A DNA stretch of 45,904 nucleotides from Deltaproteobacteria bacterium (lineage in GTDB: Bacteria > Desulfobacterota > Deferrimicrobia > Deferrimicrobiales > Deferrimicrobiaceae): assembly GCA_017889845.1 (NCBI GenBank), contig JAGGAJ010000001.1, positions 1-45,904 of the forward strand, in the 5' to 3' direction. Made by a program: the position numbers and the translations under genes. Positions 27,786-37,735 of this stretch are shown here, piece after piece; position 1 is the first letter of the stretch, and each line of letters starts with the position of its first letter. A model generated the notes under the pieces. It was given only the letters and a program-made list of their open reading frames with translations. It was not told the DNA's origin and did not search any database.

Positions 27786-29758
27786 CAGAATCGGACCCCC
27801 AGCCACCGCGCCCCGAAGTTCACCGCCGAGCCGACCAGCAGGGCGAAGGGGAATATGAACAGGGCCATGCCGACCGCCACTTTCGGGCCGTGCTCCTTGA
27901 TGATCACGAGAAGGTTTGCCAGACAGGGTATGAACAGGGTGATGGTGATCAGGCTCACGACGACCTGGAGGTTCGTGAGCATCCCCGCCTTCGCCATGTC
28001 GTACAGGCCCGCGGCGCCGTAGTCCCTTCTCAGGAACCCGATCAGGAACGCGTCGGTCGACTGCGGAGGGAGGTCCAGCGCGCCCACGATCAGGGGCTCC
28101 GCGACATTCCGTGCCAGGAGGAGCCACCCCATGCGGTCCGCCACGAACAGGACAAGGGTCCCGACCAGGAACAGCGGCACCGCCTCCCGGAGGTACCACT
28201 CGATCCGCGCCATCGTCTTCACGGCGAGGTTCCCGATCTGTGGCCACCGGATCGGGGGGATCTCGAGTATGAAATCCGAAGACTCCCCGGGGATCACCTT
28301 CGACGCCAGGTATCCCACCAGGAGGATCACCCCCAGGAGCAGGGCGAGCCATGTGACCGTGGCGGCAAGCCCCAGGCTTGCGAGCATCCCGAGGATCACT
28401 CCGAGCTGGGCCGAGCATGGTACGCCCAGGGCGAGCAGCAGCGTGATGATGACGCGCTCCTTCCGGGTCTCCAGGATGCGGGTGGTGAGCGTCGCCATCG
28501 TGTCGCACCCCAGGCCGAGGATCATCGGGAGCACCGCTTTCCCGTTGCACCCGATCTTCTTGAACACCTTGTCCACCATCACGGCGAGCCGCGGAAGGTA
28601 CCCCGAGTCCTCGAGGATCCCGAAGCCGAGGAAAAATGTCCCGACGATCGGCAGGACGATGGCGATCGCGTAGGAGAGGGCCATCGACACCATTCCGTAC
28701 GGTCCCACGAGGAAGTCCCTCGCGAACGGCCACGGCAGGACGCGGTCCACCGCCCAGGCCACGGCAGGCACGAGCCACCTCCCGAAGAGGACCTCCTCGA
28801 ACAGGTCGACGAGATATCCGGCTCCGAACACCCCCACGAAACCGTACGCCAGCAGCAGGACCCCCGCCAGGATGGGGATTCCGTAGACCGGGTCCATGGC
28901 GAGGCTTCCGAACCGCTGGGCGAGGTCCCTTCCAGCCGGCGGCGCAGGCTCCTGTCCCAGCTCCCCCAGGAGGCGGTCGATCCACGCGAGGCGCGTCTGG
29001 TTGACCTGGTAGGCGATGTCCTCCCCCGCCTCCCCGATGAGCCGGTTTCGCACCTCGTTCATCTCCCGCACCCGATGGCCGGGCACGCTTTCGGCCAGCC
29101 ATGGCGAGAGGGAGTCGTCGCCGCACAGGAGCATGATCGCAAGGGCCCGCCTCCCGACCGGTGTGTCCGGGGGGAGCAGCGCCTCCATCCGGTCGATAGC
29201 CGCCTCGATGCGGTCGCCGTAGCGGACGCGGGGCGCGGCGGCGACAGGATGCGCCATCAACGGGAGCAGCCGGTCCGTACCCTTCTTCCGCACCGCCACG
29301 GTCGGTATGGCGGGCACCCCGAAACGCTCCTCGAGCAGCTCGAGCCGGGGCATCACACCGCGCTCCCGTGCCTCGTCCGCCATGTTTACGGCCAGGACCA
29401 GGGGGACGCCCATCTCCGCCAGCTGGATGGTGATCATCAGGGAACGGCGCATGTTCTTGGCGTCGCACACTTGGAGGACGCGGGCTCCGGGCTCCCGCAT
29501 GAGGATATCCCTCGTCACCCGCTCGTCCTCGGACATGGGGAGGAGGGAGTAGACGCCCGGGGTGTCGATGATTTCGTAGACCGTTCCCCGGTCTCTCGCC
29601 TCCCCCCGTGTGATCTCGACCGTCGTGCCGGGATAGTTCGAGACGTTGACGTACCGGCCCGTCAACGTCCCGAAGACGACGCTTTTTCCCACGTTGGGAT
29701 TCCCCACGAGGATCACGGTGGCGGCCTGGGGGTCCACCCGCGCCGTACCCGTCCTCAT
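27785..29758 (-). CDS. feoB: ferrous iron transporter FeoB
   Basis: 657 aa. N-terminal G domain (GNPNVGKS, DTPG, NMAD) plus a polytopic membrane domain. ATGA overlap with the fur stop. Confidence 0.93.
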   Translation of the reverse strand: MRTGTARVDPQAATVILVGNPNVGKSVVFGTLTGRYVNVSNYPGTTVEITRGEARDRGTVYEIIDTPGVYSLLPMSEDERVTRDILMREPGARVLQVCDAKNMRRSLMITIQLAEMGVPLVLAVNMADEARERGVMPRLELLEERFGVPAIPTVAVRKKGTDRLLPLMAHPVAAAPRVRYGDRIEAAIDRMEALLPPDTPVGRRALAIMLLCGDDSLSPWLAESVPGHRVREMNEVRNRLIGEAGEDIAYQVNQTRLAWIDRLLGELGQEPAPPAGRDLAQRFGSLAMDPVYGIPILAGVLLLAYGFVGVFGAGYLVDLFEEVLFGRWLVPAVAWAVDRVLPWPFARDFLVGPYGMVSMALSYAIAIVLPIVGTFFLGFGILEDSGYLPRLAVMVDKVFKKIGCNGKAVLPMILGLGCDTMATLTTRILETRKERVIITLLLALGVPCSAQLGVILGMLASLGLAATVTWLALLLGVILLVGYLASKVIPGESSDFILEIPPIRWPQIGNLAVKTMARIEWYLREAVPLFLVGTLVLFVADRMGWLLLARNVAEPLIVGALDLPPQSTDAFLIGFLRRDYGAAGLYDMAKAGMLTNLQVVVSLITITLFIPCLANLLVIIKEHGPKVAVGMALFIFPFALLVGSAVNFGARWLGVRF

Positions 29759-30204
29759 CCCTGCCGCCGCCCCGCGCTCCGGTCAGCGCATTTCCGGCAC
29801 AGGCCGAAGATTTCCAGCCGGTGCGCCGTCGGCCGGAACCCGTGCCGGCGTGTCACCAGGTCCTGGAGCTTCTCGATGTCGGGATCCTTGAACTCGATGA
29901 CCGTGCCGCACGCCGTGCAGACCAGGTGATCGTGGTGGGAGTCCAGGTTGCTCTCGTAGCGCCTGGCCCCCTCGCCGAAGTCCACTTCGTTGGCGTACCC
30001 CATCCGCGCGAGGAGTTTGAGGGTGCGGTACACGGTGACCGTGCCGACGCGCGGGAACGTCTTGCGGACGGCCCGAGTCAGTTCGTCCACAGTCACGTGG
30101 TCCCCGGCGCGGAAGAACCGCTCCATGACGGCCGCGCGGCTCTTGCTGCGTTTCCCGCCGGCGGCGATGATTTCCCGGTCGATGCGGAGGAGAAGCCGTT
30201 CCAA
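29755..30204 (-). CDS. fur: Fur-family metalloregulator
   Basis: 149 aa with HHDHLVCTACG...CRKC (two CxxC pairs) and a winged-helix N-terminus. Apparent TTG start. The metal specificity (Fur, Zur or PerR) cannot be resolved from the sequence. Confidence 0.8.
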   Translation of the reverse strand: MERLLLRIDREIIAAGGKRSKSRAAVMERFFRAGDHVTVDELTRAVRKTFPRVGTVTVYRTLKLLARMGYANEVDFGEGARRYESNLDSHHDHLVCTACGTVIEFKDPDIEKLQDLVTRRHGFRPTAHRLEIFGLCRKCADRSAGRRQG

Positions 30205-30231
30205 GAAAAGTCGGAACCCCGTTCCAGAAAT

Positions 30232-30274
30232 TGAAATTCACTTTCATGTTATCCCCCGCCCTCTCCGGGGTCAA
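30232..30274 (-). promoter_or_regulatory. sigma70-like promoter with overlapping AT-rich inverted repeat (candidate metalloregulator operator)
   Basis: On the minus strand: TTGACC (30269-30274), a 17-nt spacer, then TAACAT (30246-30251). The inverted repeat TGAAA-GTGAA-TTTCA (30232-30246) follows immediately. This is the only AT-rich patch between the rplQ terminator and fur. Confidence 0.5.
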
Positions 30275-30304
30275 CGGAAATCCGGCAGGGAGCGGACGTC
30301 CCCG

Positions 30305-30338
30305 TAAAAAGGGAAACGGCCCCGAAGGGCCGTTTCCG
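30305..30338 (-). terminator. intrinsic terminator after rplQ
   Basis: Minus-strand RNA reads GGAAACGGCCC-UUCG-GGGCCGUUUCC followed by CUUUUUA. The stem is a perfect 11 bp. It lies about 40 nt downstream of the rplQ stop. Confidence 0.9.
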
Positions 30339-30378
30339 ATCCGGTTTCCGTACCCGGGCTGGAGGAGGAGTCCCCCTC

Positions 30379-30924
30379 CTATTTTTCTTCCGTCCCCGCC
30401 TTCCTCTTCCGGGGCGCCCCGGGGGCCCTGCTTTCCTTCGCCTTCTCCCCGGTTGTCCCCTTGCGTTTCGCTCCGGGCCTCGCGGTAGCCTTTTTGGCCG
30501 CCGCGGCTTTCGCCGGTGCCTTCTTCGCGGCGCCTTTCTTTTTTCCCTTCGAAGCAGCCTTCTTCTCCTCCGCCGGGAGGTACTCGAGGATCGCCATTTC
30601 CGCCCCGTCCCCCGGGCGGTATCCCGTCCGCATGATGCGGGTGTATCCTCCCTCCCGGCCGGCGAACCGGCCGGCGAGAGAAGTGAAGATCTTGTCGGTG
30701 GCCGCCTTGTTGCTCAGCAGCGAAAAGACCCGGCGCCGTGCATGGAGGGTCTCCCGCTTCCCGAGCGTGATCAGACGGTCCGCCAGGCGGCGCAGTTCCT
30801 TCGCCCTCGGTACGGTGGTCTCGATCCGCTCGGAGATCACGAGGGAGTTCATCAGGTTCCGCAGCAGCGCCTTTCGGTGTGCGGGGCTCCTGCCGAGCTT
30901 GCGGTGGTCTTTTGCGTGGCGCAT
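30379..30924 (-). CDS. rplQ: 50S ribosomal protein L17 with ~60-aa Lys/Ala-rich C-terminal extension
   Basis: Starts MRHAKDHRKLGRSPAHRKALLRNL.... The core is about 120 aa, followed by the tail AEEKKAASKGKKKGAAKKAPAKAAAAKKATARPGAKRKG.... Confidence 0.93.
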   Translation of the reverse strand: MRHAKDHRKLGRSPAHRKALLRNLMNSLVISERIETTVPRAKELRRLADRLITLGKRETLHARRRVFSLLSNKAATDKIFTSLAGRFAGREGGYTRIMRTGYRPGDGAEMAILEYLPAEEKKAASKGKKKGAAKKAPAKAAAAKKATARPGAKRKGTTGEKAKESRAPGAPRKRKAGTEEK

Positions 30925-30950
30925 GCGGCTTCCTCGCTGGGTTCAGTTGG

Positions 30951-31958
30951 TCAGTCCACGTCCCGCGGCGGGCTGTACTTCTCCGGGGAGAACCCCTCGA
31001 CCTTCATGCCGAGGGAGAGGCCCATTCCGACCAGGACCTCCTTGATCTCGTTCAGGCTCTTCTTGCCGAAGTTCTTGGTCTTGAGCATCTCCTGCTCGGA
31101 TCGCTGTACGAGCTCTCCGATGAACTTGATGTCGGCGTTTTTCAGGCAGTTGTACGCCCGGACGGAAAGCTCGAGCTCCTCCACCGGTTTGTACAGGTTC
31201 TCGTTTCCGGTCGCCTCGTCCAGGCGGGTCGGCTCGTCGGGTATCTCGGTCTCGTCGTCGAAGTTGATGAAGACCGTGAGCTGGTCCTTCAGGATCTTCG
31301 CCGCGTAGGCCATCGCGTCCGCAGGCAGGACGGACCCGTCGGTCCACACCTCGAGGGTCAGGCGGTCGTAGTCGGTCTGCTGCCCGACCCGCGCATTGGT
31401 CACGGCGAAGTTCACCTTGCGGATCGGAGAGAAGATGGCGTCGATGGGAATCGTGCCGATCGGCGAATTCTCCTCGAGGTTCCGCTCGGCGGAGACGTAC
31501 CCCTTCCCCATCCGGACCGTCATCTCCATCTTCAGCGTGGCGTTGTCGGACAGTTCCGCGATGTGGTGGTCCCGGTTTAGGATCTCCACCATGGGGTCCG
31601 TCTGGATGTCCGATGCCTTCACGCGCCGGGGGCCCTTGGCGTCGAGGTACAGCGTCCGCGGCTCCGGAGAGTGCATCCGGAGGCGGACCTCCTTGAGATT
31701 CAGGACGATGTCGGTGACGTCCTCGACGACGCCGACCATCGTGGAGAACTCGTGCTGAACACCCTCGATCCGGACGGAGGTGATGGCGCCCCCCTGCAAC
31801 GCCGAGAGGAGGATCCTCCGGATCGCGTTTCCCAGGGTGGTGCCGAAGCCCCGCTCGAGCGGCTCGGCAACGAATTTCCCGTAGTTGAAGGTCGCCGTAT
31901 CGGTCTGCACCTCGATGCGTCGCGGCTTGATGAGCTGCTTCCAATTTCTCTGGAACAT
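30951..31958 (-). CDS. rpoA: DNA-directed RNA polymerase alpha subunit
   Basis: 335 aa with [24 protein letters not shown] and a C-terminal domain ([15 protein letters not shown]). Confidence 0.96.
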   Translation of the reverse strand: MFQRNWKQLIKPRRIEVQTDTATFNYGKFVAEPLERGFGTTLGNAIRRILLSALQGGAITSVRIEGVQHEFSTMVGVVEDVTDIVLNLKEVRLRMHSPEPRTLYLDAKGPRRVKASDIQTDPMVEILNRDHHIAELSDNATLKMEMTVRMGKGYVSAERNLEENSPIGTIPIDAIFSPIRKVNFAVTNARVGQQTDYDRLTLEVWTDGSVLPADAMAYAAKILKDQLTVFINFDDETEIPDEPTRLDEATGNENLYKPVEELELSVRAYNCLKNADIKFIGELVQRSEQEMLKTKNFGKKSLNEIKEVLVGMGLSLGMKVEGFSPEKYSPPRDVD

Positions 31959-31989
31959 GCGTCCCCCTTCTTTATGGCAAAAGAGAGGT

Positions 31990-32616
31990 TTACTTCGAGT
32001 ACAGTTCGACGATCAGCTGTTCCTGGATCGGTTCCTGGATGTCCGAACGGCCCGGGATGGACTTCACTGCGCCGCGGAAGCTCCCGCGGTCCAGCTCCAG
32101 CCAGGCCGGGATCCCCTTTCGCACGACGGCGTCCAGCGCCTCGTTCACCGACGGGATCTTTCGGCTTTTTTCGCGCAGTTCGACGACGTCGCCCGCCTTG
32201 ACGAGGAACGAGGGGATGTTCACCTTGCGTCCGTTCACCAGAAAGTGTCCGTGGCGCACGACCTGCCGGCTTTCCCGCCTCGTCTGTGTGAAGCCGAGCT
32301 TGTATACCACGCTGTCGAGCCGGCGCTCGAGGAGGATCAGCAGGTTGTCGCCCGTCTTTCCCTTCATCCGGTCGGCCTTCTCGAAATAGTTCCGGAACTG
32401 TTTCTCGAGGATCCCGTAGATCCTCTTGGCTTTCTGCTTCTCCCGCAGCTGGACCCCGTAGTCGCTGTGCTTGGGGCGGCGCTGTCCGTGCTGCCCCGGG
32501 GGATAGCCCCTCCGCTTGATGGCGCACTTGTCGGTGAAGCAGCGGTCTCCCTTGAGGTAGAGCTCGACCCCCTCCCGACGACACAGCCTGCAGACTGCCT
32601 CACGATACCTTGCCAA
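31990..32616 (-). CDS. rpsD: 30S ribosomal protein S4 (Cys4 form)
   Basis: Starts [39 protein letters not shown] start 8 nt after AAGGAGGG. Confidence 0.95.
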   Translation of the reverse strand: MARYREAVCRLCRREGVELYLKGDRCFTDKCAIKRRGYPPGQHGQRRPKHSDYGVQLREKQKAKRIYGILEKQFRNYFEKADRMKGKTGDNLLILLERRLDSVVYKLGFTQTRRESRQVVRHGHFLVNGRKVNIPSFLVKAGDVVELREKSRKIPSVNEALDAVVRKGIPAWLELDRGSFRGAVKSIPGRSDIQEPIQEQLIVELYSK

Positions 32617-32652
32617 AGAAGATTCCCTCCTTGTTCCTTGGTGTGGCGCCCG

Positions 32653-33042
32653 TCACACGCGCCGGCGCTTCGGCGGCCGGCACCCGTTGTGCGGGATGGG
32701 AGTGACGTCCCGGATGTAGTTGATCTTGAGCCCCGCGGCCTGCAGGGTCCGCAGCGCCGCCTCGCGCCCGGAGCCGGGGCCCTTGATGTGGACCGTCACC
32801 GTGTTGACCCCGCAGTCCATCGCCTTCTTTGCGACGTCCTCCGCGGCCACCGTGGCCGCGAACGGGGTGCTCTTGCGGGACCCCTTGAATCCCTTCGCGC
32901 CGGAGCTCGCCCACGCCAGGGTGTTTCCGTCCGGGTCCGTGATCGTGATGATCGTGTTGTTGAAGGTCGCCTGGATGTGGGCCACCCCGACCGGCACGTT
33001 CCGTCGTACCTTCCTCTTCCCCTTCTTCTTCGGCGTTGCCAT
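32653..33042 (-). CDS. rpsK: 30S ribosomal protein S11
   Basis: 129 aa with [27 protein letters not shown]. Confidence 0.96.
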   Translation of the reverse strand: MATPKKKGKRKVRRNVPVGVAHIQATFNNTIITITDPDGNTLAWASSGAKGFKGSRKSTPFAATVAAEDVAKKAMDCGVNTVTVHIKGPGSGREAALRTLQAAGLKINYIRDVTPIPHNGCRPPKRRRV

Positions 33043-33058
33043 CGTTCCTCCGGCCCCC

Positions 33059-33442
33059 CTATTTCTTCGTGGCTTCCTTCTTCTTGGCGACGGCGCCCTT
33101 CCGCGGGCCCTTCCGGGTGCGCGCGTTGGTGTGGGTGCGCTGGCCGCGGGCCGGCAGCCCCTTCCGGTGACGCAGCCCCCGGTAACTGCCCAGGTCCATC
33201 AGCCGCTTGATGTTCATGGAGATTTCCTTGCGGAGGTCCCCCTCGACGCGGTAGTTCGCGTCGATGACGTCCCGGATCCGCGCTACCTGGTCCTCCGTAA
33301 GCGTGGTCGTACGCAGGTCCGGCGAAACGCGCGCCTCCGCCAGGATCTTCTGGGCTGTGGCCGGCCCGATCCCGTAGATGTAGGTCAGGGCCGCCCCGAT
33401 CTTCTTCGTCTTCGGAATGTCCACTCCCGCTATGCGTGCCAA
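33059..33442 (-). CDS. rpsM: 30S ribosomal protein S13
   Basis: ORF 33059..33559 trimmed to the TTG at 33442, giving the universal N-terminus [15 protein letters not shown].... The TTG lies 6 nt after GGAGGG. Confidence 0.93.
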   Translation of the reverse strand: MARIAGVDIPKTKKIGAALTYIYGIGPATAQKILAEARVSPDLRTTTLTEDQVARIRDVIDANYRVEGDLRKEISMNIKRLMDLGSYRGLRHRKGLPARGQRTHTNARTRKGPRKGAVAKKKEATKK

Positions 33443-33474
33443 CCGGATCCCTCCTGGGCGTTCTGTTGCCGCGC

Positions 33475-33588
33475 CTATCCCTGGCGCTGCTTGTGCTTGG
33501 GGTTTTCGCAGATGATCCGGACGACGCCCTTCCGTCGGATGACCTTGCACTTTGCGCAAACCTTCCGCACCGATGGCCGGACTTTCAT
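33475..33588 (-). CDS. rpmJ: 50S ribosomal protein L36 (Cys-containing form)
   Basis: Too short to appear in the ORF track. The minus-strand translation is [49 protein letters not shown]. Confidence 0.93.
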   Translation of the reverse strand: MKVRPSVRKVCAKCKVIRRKGVVRIICENPKHKQRQG

Positions 33589-33601
33589 TTCCCTCTCTCC
33601 T

Positions 33602-33820
33602 TCACTTCGAGCGGTAGATGATCCGCCCGCGGGTGAGGTCGTACGGCGTCAGCTGCACCGTGACCCGGTCCCCCGGGAGGATCTTGATGAAGTGCATCCG
33701 CATCTTCCCGGATATGTGGGCGAGCACCTTCATCTTGTTGTCGAGCTCCACCCGGAACATCGCGTTCGGGAGCGGCTCGATCACGGTCCCCTCGATCTCT
33801 ATCGCTTCTTCCTTTGGCAT
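33602..33820 (-). CDS. infA: translation initiation factor IF-1
   Basis: 72 aa: [28 protein letters not shown].... Confidence 0.96.
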   Translation of the reverse strand: MPKEEAIEIEGTVIEPLPNAMFRVELDNKMKVLAHISGKMRMHFIKILPGDRVTVQLTPYDLTRGRIIYRSK

Positions 33821-33855
33821 TTCACCAGTGTTTCCGGGTTTATTCCATCAATACA

Positions 33856-34605
33856 TCAAGGAAGACTTAATATTCTGCTCCCGTCTTCCATGACGGCCAC
33901 CGTGTGTTCGAAGTGGGCCGAGCGGCTGCGGTCCCGGGACACCACGGTCCACCCGTCCGGCAGGACCTCGACCTCGTACCCCCCCGCGTTCACCATCGGC
34001 TCGATCGCCAGGACCATCCCGGGAAGGAGCTTCGGGCCGGCTCCCGGCTTCCCGAAGTTCGGCACCTGGGGTTCCTCGTGCATCGACCGCCCGATGCCGT
34101 GGCCCACGAAGTCGCGCACGACGGAGAACCCTTCCGCCTCCACGGTGGATTGCACGGCGGCCGAGACATCGCCCAGCCGGTTCCCCCCCCGGGCCGCCTC
34201 GATGGCCTTTTCCAGGGATCGCTCGGTGGTCGCCAGGAGCCGCCGGGACTCCGCGTTGACCGTACCGACCGCGAAGGTCCTGGCCGCATCCCCGTAATAC
34301 CCGTCCAGCATGACCCCGAAGTCGATGCTCAGGATGTCGCCCTCCCGCACCACCCGTTCGACCGAGGGGATCCCGTGGACCACTTCCTCGTTGACGGAAG
34401 TGCACAGGTGGGCGGGATACCCGTGGTACCCCTTGAAGGCGCTCCGGACGCCGTGCCTGGCGATGAACTGGTCGGCGAACTCCTCCAGCAGTCCTGTCGT
34501 CACACCGGGCCGGACCAGCGGCCCCACTTCTTCAAAGAACCGGCCTACGACGGCGCCCACGCGCCGCATCGCCTCGATTTCCTGAGGCGACTTGATGAGG
34601 ATCAT
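33856..34605 (-). CDS. map: type I methionine aminopeptidase
   Basis: ORF 33856..34878 trimmed to MILIKSPQEIEAMRRVG.... Metal ligands sit in DILSIDFGVMLDGYYGD, FVGHGIG and FEHTV. Confidence 0.92.
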   Translation of the reverse strand: MILIKSPQEIEAMRRVGAVVGRFFEEVGPLVRPGVTTGLLEEFADQFIARHGVRSAFKGYHGYPAHLCTSVNEEVVHGIPSVERVVREGDILSIDFGVMLDGYYGDAARTFAVGTVNAESRRLLATTERSLEKAIEAARGGNRLGDVSAAVQSTVEAEGFSVVRDFVGHGIGRSMHEEPQVPNFGKPGAGPKLLPGMVLAIEPMVNAGGYEVEVLPDGWTVVSRDRSRSAHFEHTVAVMEDGSRILSLP

Positions 34606-34607
34606 CC

Positions 34608-35252
34608 CTACCGGAGAATCTTCGCGATGCTGGCGTAGATGGCGTCGATCTCCCCGGACGCCATCACCGTGCGGATCTTCCCCGTGCTCCTGTAATAGTC
34701 CAGCAGCGGCGCGGTGGCCTTGTTGTAGTTGGCCAGTCTCGCCGTGATCGTCTCTTCCTTGTCGTCGTCCCGCTGGATGAGGGCGGTCCCGCATTTGTCG
34801 CACTTCCCGGCCGCCTTCGGCGGGTTGAACTTCACGTGGAACATGGCGCCACATCCCGTGCAGGTGCGGCGCCCGCACAGCCGTTCCATCAGCTCGTTCT
34901 GGTCCACCTCGAGCGAGAGGACGAACCGGATCTCCTTCCCCAGCTCCTTCGCGACGCGGTCCAGCGCCTGGGCCTGTGGGATCGTGCGGGGAAATCCGTC
35001 GAGGATGAATCCCTTCGCGCAGTCCTTCGCCGCCAACCGCTCCTTGACGATGCCGATGACCACCTCGTCGGGAACAAGCCCGCCGGCGTCCATGAAACCC
35101 TTCGCCTTCTTCCCGAGATCCGTGCCGTTCTTGACCGCCTCCCGGAGCATGTCGCCCGTCGAGATCTGGGGGATGGAGAACTCGCCGGTGAGCTTCTTCG
35201 CCTGCGTTCCCTTCCCCGCCCCGGGGGGGCCGAGGAGTATGATTCCCATCAT
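34608..35252 (-). CDS. adk: adenylate kinase (Cys4 zinc lid)
   Basis: Contains [12 protein letters not shown]. The lid reads [10 protein letters not shown]...CDKCG. Confidence 0.95.
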   Translation of the reverse strand: MMGIILLGPPGAGKGTQAKKLTGEFSIPQISTGDMLREAVKNGTDLGKKAKGFMDAGGLVPDEVVIGIVKERLAAKDCAKGFILDGFPRTIPQAQALDRVAKELGKEIRFVLSLEVDQNELMERLCGRRTCTGCGAMFHVKFNPPKAAGKCDKCGTALIQRDDDKEETITARLANYNKATAPLLDYYRSTGKIRTVMASGEIDAIYASIAKILR

Positions 35253-35256
35253 CGTC

Positions 35257-36567
35257 CTATCCCCTCCTTCCTTTCATCTGTCCCTTCTTCAGGAATCCCT
35301 CGTAATGGCGGGTGATCAGGTGCGATTCGATTTGCTGGATCGTGTCCATGGCGACTCCCACCACGATCAGGAGCCCCGTCCCCCCGAAGTAGAAGGGGAC
35401 GTTGAACCGGGCGATGAGGATGCTGGGGAGAACGCAGATGACGGCCACGTATAGGGCCCCGCCCAGGGTGATCCGGGTGAGGATCTTGTCGATGTATTCC
35501 GCCGTCTTCTTCCCCGGCCGGATCCCGGGGACGAATCCCCCGTACTTCTTCATGTTCTCGGCGACGTCCACCGGGTTGAAGGTCACCGCGGTGTAGAAAT
35601 AGCAGAAGAAGATGATGAAGGCCACGTACAGGGACTCGTAGGCGAATCTTCCCGGCGTCAGGGCGTCGGAGATCGTCTTCGTAACCGGGTGCGTGATGAA
35701 ATTTGCGATCGTCGCGGGGAAGAGCAGGATCGAGGAGGCGAAAATCGGCGGGATGACGCCCGCGGTGTTCACCTTCAGGGGCAGGTGGGTGCTTTGCCCG
35801 CCGTACACCCGCCTCCCGACGATGCGCCGTGCGTACTGCACGGGGATCCGGCGGTGCGCCCTCTCGAAGAAGATGATGACGCCGATGACCGCGATCATCA
35901 GGGCCAGCAGGAACAGGGCGCTGAAGATGTTCATCTCGCCGGTGCGCACGAGGGTCACCGTGCGGACCAGTCCGCTGGGGAACCTCGCGACGATGCCCGC
36001 GAAGATGATCAGGGAGATGCCGTTTCCGATCCCCCGCTCGGTGATCTGCTCCCCCAGCCACATCAGGAACGCGGTCCCGGAGGTCAGGGTCAGCACGGTC
36101 ATGAGACGGAAGGACCAGCCGGGGATGTAGACGACCGAGCCGGCGCCTCCGGACGTCACGCTCTCCAGCCCCACTGCGATCCCCATCCCCTGGATGATGG
36201 ACAGGACGATGGTCCCGTACCGGGTGTACTGGGTGATCTTCCGGCGGCCCAGTTCGCCCTCCTTGGAGAGCTTCTCGAGCTGCGGGATGACCACGGTGAG
36301 CAGCTGCAGGATGATCGATGCGCTGATGTACGGCATGATGCCGAGGGTGAAGATGGAGAAACGCGCCAGCGCGCCCCCGGAGAACATGTCGATCAGCCCG
36401 AAGAGGGTGCCCGCCTGGCTGTCGAACACGGACTTCAGCGCGATGTTGTTGATCCCGGGAGTGGGGATGTGGATCCCGATCCGGTACACGACGAGGAGCA
36501 GTCCCGTCATGAGGATCCGCCGCTTCAGCTCGGGGACGCGGGCGATGTTCTGGAAGCCGCTGAGCAC
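35257..36567 (-). CDS. secY: preprotein translocase subunit SecY
   Basis: ORF 35257..36792 trimmed to the GTG at 36567 ([31 protein letters not shown]), which lies 9 nt after GGAGG. Polytopic, 436 aa. Confidence 0.92.
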   Translation of the reverse strand: MLSGFQNIARVPELKRRILMTGLLLVVYRIGIHIPTPGINNIALKSVFDSQAGTLFGLIDMFSGGALARFSIFTLGIMPYISASIILQLLTVVIPQLEKLSKEGELGRRKITQYTRYGTIVLSIIQGMGIAVGLESVTSGGAGSVVYIPGWSFRLMTVLTLTSGTAFLMWLGEQITERGIGNGISLIIFAGIVARFPSGLVRTVTLVRTGEMNIFSALFLLALMIAVIGVIIFFERAHRRIPVQYARRIVGRRVYGGQSTHLPLKVNTAGVIPPIFASSILLFPATIANFITHPVTKTISDALTPGRFAYESLYVAFIIFFCYFYTAVTFNPVDVAENMKKYGGFVPGIRPGKKTAEYIDKILTRITLGGALYVAVICVLPSILIARFNVPFYFGGTGLLIVVGVAMDTIQQIESHLITRHYEGFLKKGQMKGRRG

Positions 36568-36572
36568 CGGGG

Positions 36573-37010
36573 TCAGACCTCCACGGTCCCGCCGGCAGCA
36601 ACGACCTTCTCCACCGCCGACCGGCTGGCCTTGTCGACCTTCACCGTGAGTTTCCTGTCGATGTCGCCGTCCCCCAGGAGCTTCACCCCGTCCGCGGTCC
36701 CCTTGATCAGGCCCTCCTTCCGGAGCGCCTCGGCATCGACGACCGAACCGGCCGGGAACCGGTTGAGCGACTTCACGTTGACGATCGCCCACTCCTTCCG
36801 GAAGATGTTCACGAACCCGCGCTTGGGCAGGCGTCGCTGGAGGGGCATCTGGCCGCCCTCGTAGCCGGGCTTGGTGCCCCCGCCGCTGCGGGCCCTCAGG
36901 CCCTTGTGCCCCTTGCCGGCGGTCTTGCCGAGGCCGGATCCCTTCCCGCGCCCGACGCGTTTCCTGTCGCTCGTGGCCCCTTCGGCGGGGCGGAGTTCCG
37001 AGAGCTTCAT
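36573..37010 (-). CDS. rplO: 50S ribosomal protein L15
   Basis: ORF trimmed to [30 protein letters not shown].... ATGA overlap with the rpmD stop. Confidence 0.94.
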   Translation of the reverse strand: MKLSELRPAEGATSDRKRVGRGKGSGLGKTAGKGHKGLRARSGGGTKPGYEGGQMPLQRRLPKRGFVNIFRKEWAIVNVKSLNRFPAGSVVDAEALRKEGLIKGTADGVKLLGDGDIDRKLTVKVDKASRSAVEKVVAAGGTVEV

Positions 37011-37201
37011 TTCCCTTCCCCCAATTCCTCCATCCGGACGAGGAACTTGACTTTTTCTACCATTCCGCGGATCTCCGGGGTGTCCTGCCGCACCACCGCC
37101 CGGTTCGTGCGCGTGAGGCCGAGCCCCTTCACGACCCTTCGGTGGTACTCGTTCCGGCCGCTCAGGCCCCGGACGAGGGTGATGCGGAGCGTTCCGCTCA
37201 T
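37007..37201 (-). CDS. rpmD: 50S ribosomal protein L30
   Basis: 64 aa: [29 protein letters not shown].... ATGA overlap with the rpsE stop. Confidence 0.94.
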   Translation of the reverse strand: MSGTLRITLVRGLSGRNEYHRRVVKGLGLTRTNRAVVRQDTPEIRGMVEKVKFLVRMEELGEGK

Positions 37202-37698
37202 GCCGTCGCCTCCTCATCCTTCAGGCCCCGGGCGCTCGAGAGCTGCTCGAAGGTGCGCAGCTGCGAGAGCCCCTCGATGGCCGCCTTGACGAGGTTGTGG
37301 GGGTTGTTGCTCCCGAGAGACTTCGTCAGGATGTTCGAGATCCCGCTGGACTCGATGACGGCCCGGACGCCGCCGCCGGCGATGACCCCGGTGCCGGGTG
37401 AGGCCGGACGGATGATCACCCGGCTGGCGCCGTATTCCCCCACGACCTCGTGGGGGATCGTCCCGTTCACCAGCGGCACCTGGATGAGTCCGCGCTTGGC
37501 GTTCTGGATGGCCTTCCGGATGGCGTCCGGCACTTCGTTCGCCTTCCCGAGCCCCGTTCCCACGTGCCCGTTGCTGTCGCCAACGACGACGACCGCGCTG
37601 AACGAGAACCGCCGGCCGCCCTTGACGACCTTGGCGACCCGGCTGATGTGCACCACCCGGTCCTTCAGCTCCAGCCCTTCCGGATTGACTCTCTTCAA
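37198..37698 (-). CDS. rpsE: 30S ribosomal protein S5
   Basis: ORF 37198..37791 trimmed to the TTG at 37698 ([31 protein letters not shown]), just after GGAGGAAGG. Confidence 0.92.
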   Translation of the reverse strand: MKRVNPEGLELKDRVVHISRVAKVVKGGRRFSFSAVVVVGDSNGHVGTGLGKANEVPDAIRKAIQNAKRGLIQVPLVNGTIPHEVVGEYGASRVIIRPASPGTGVIAGGGVRAVIESSGISNILTKSLGSNNPHNLVKAAIEGLSQLRTFEQLSSARGLKDEEATA

Positions 37699-37735
37699 GC
37701 CTTCCTCCCCGTGCCCTCGCGAATGTGTGCGTCCC

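Noticed and set aside
27786-29468. The 629-aa minus-strand ORF 27579..29468 taken as a single gene.
   Set aside because: Everything upstream of 27785 is an out-of-frame overlap with feoB and reads as low-complexity R/G/P. Only the last 68 codons, after the feoB stop, look coding.
30225-30252. Calling the fur-upstream repeat a canonical Fur box.
   Set aside because: GATAACATGAAAGTGAATTTC matches the 19-bp E. coli consensus at only about 9 of 19 positions. I kept it as a generic candidate operator.
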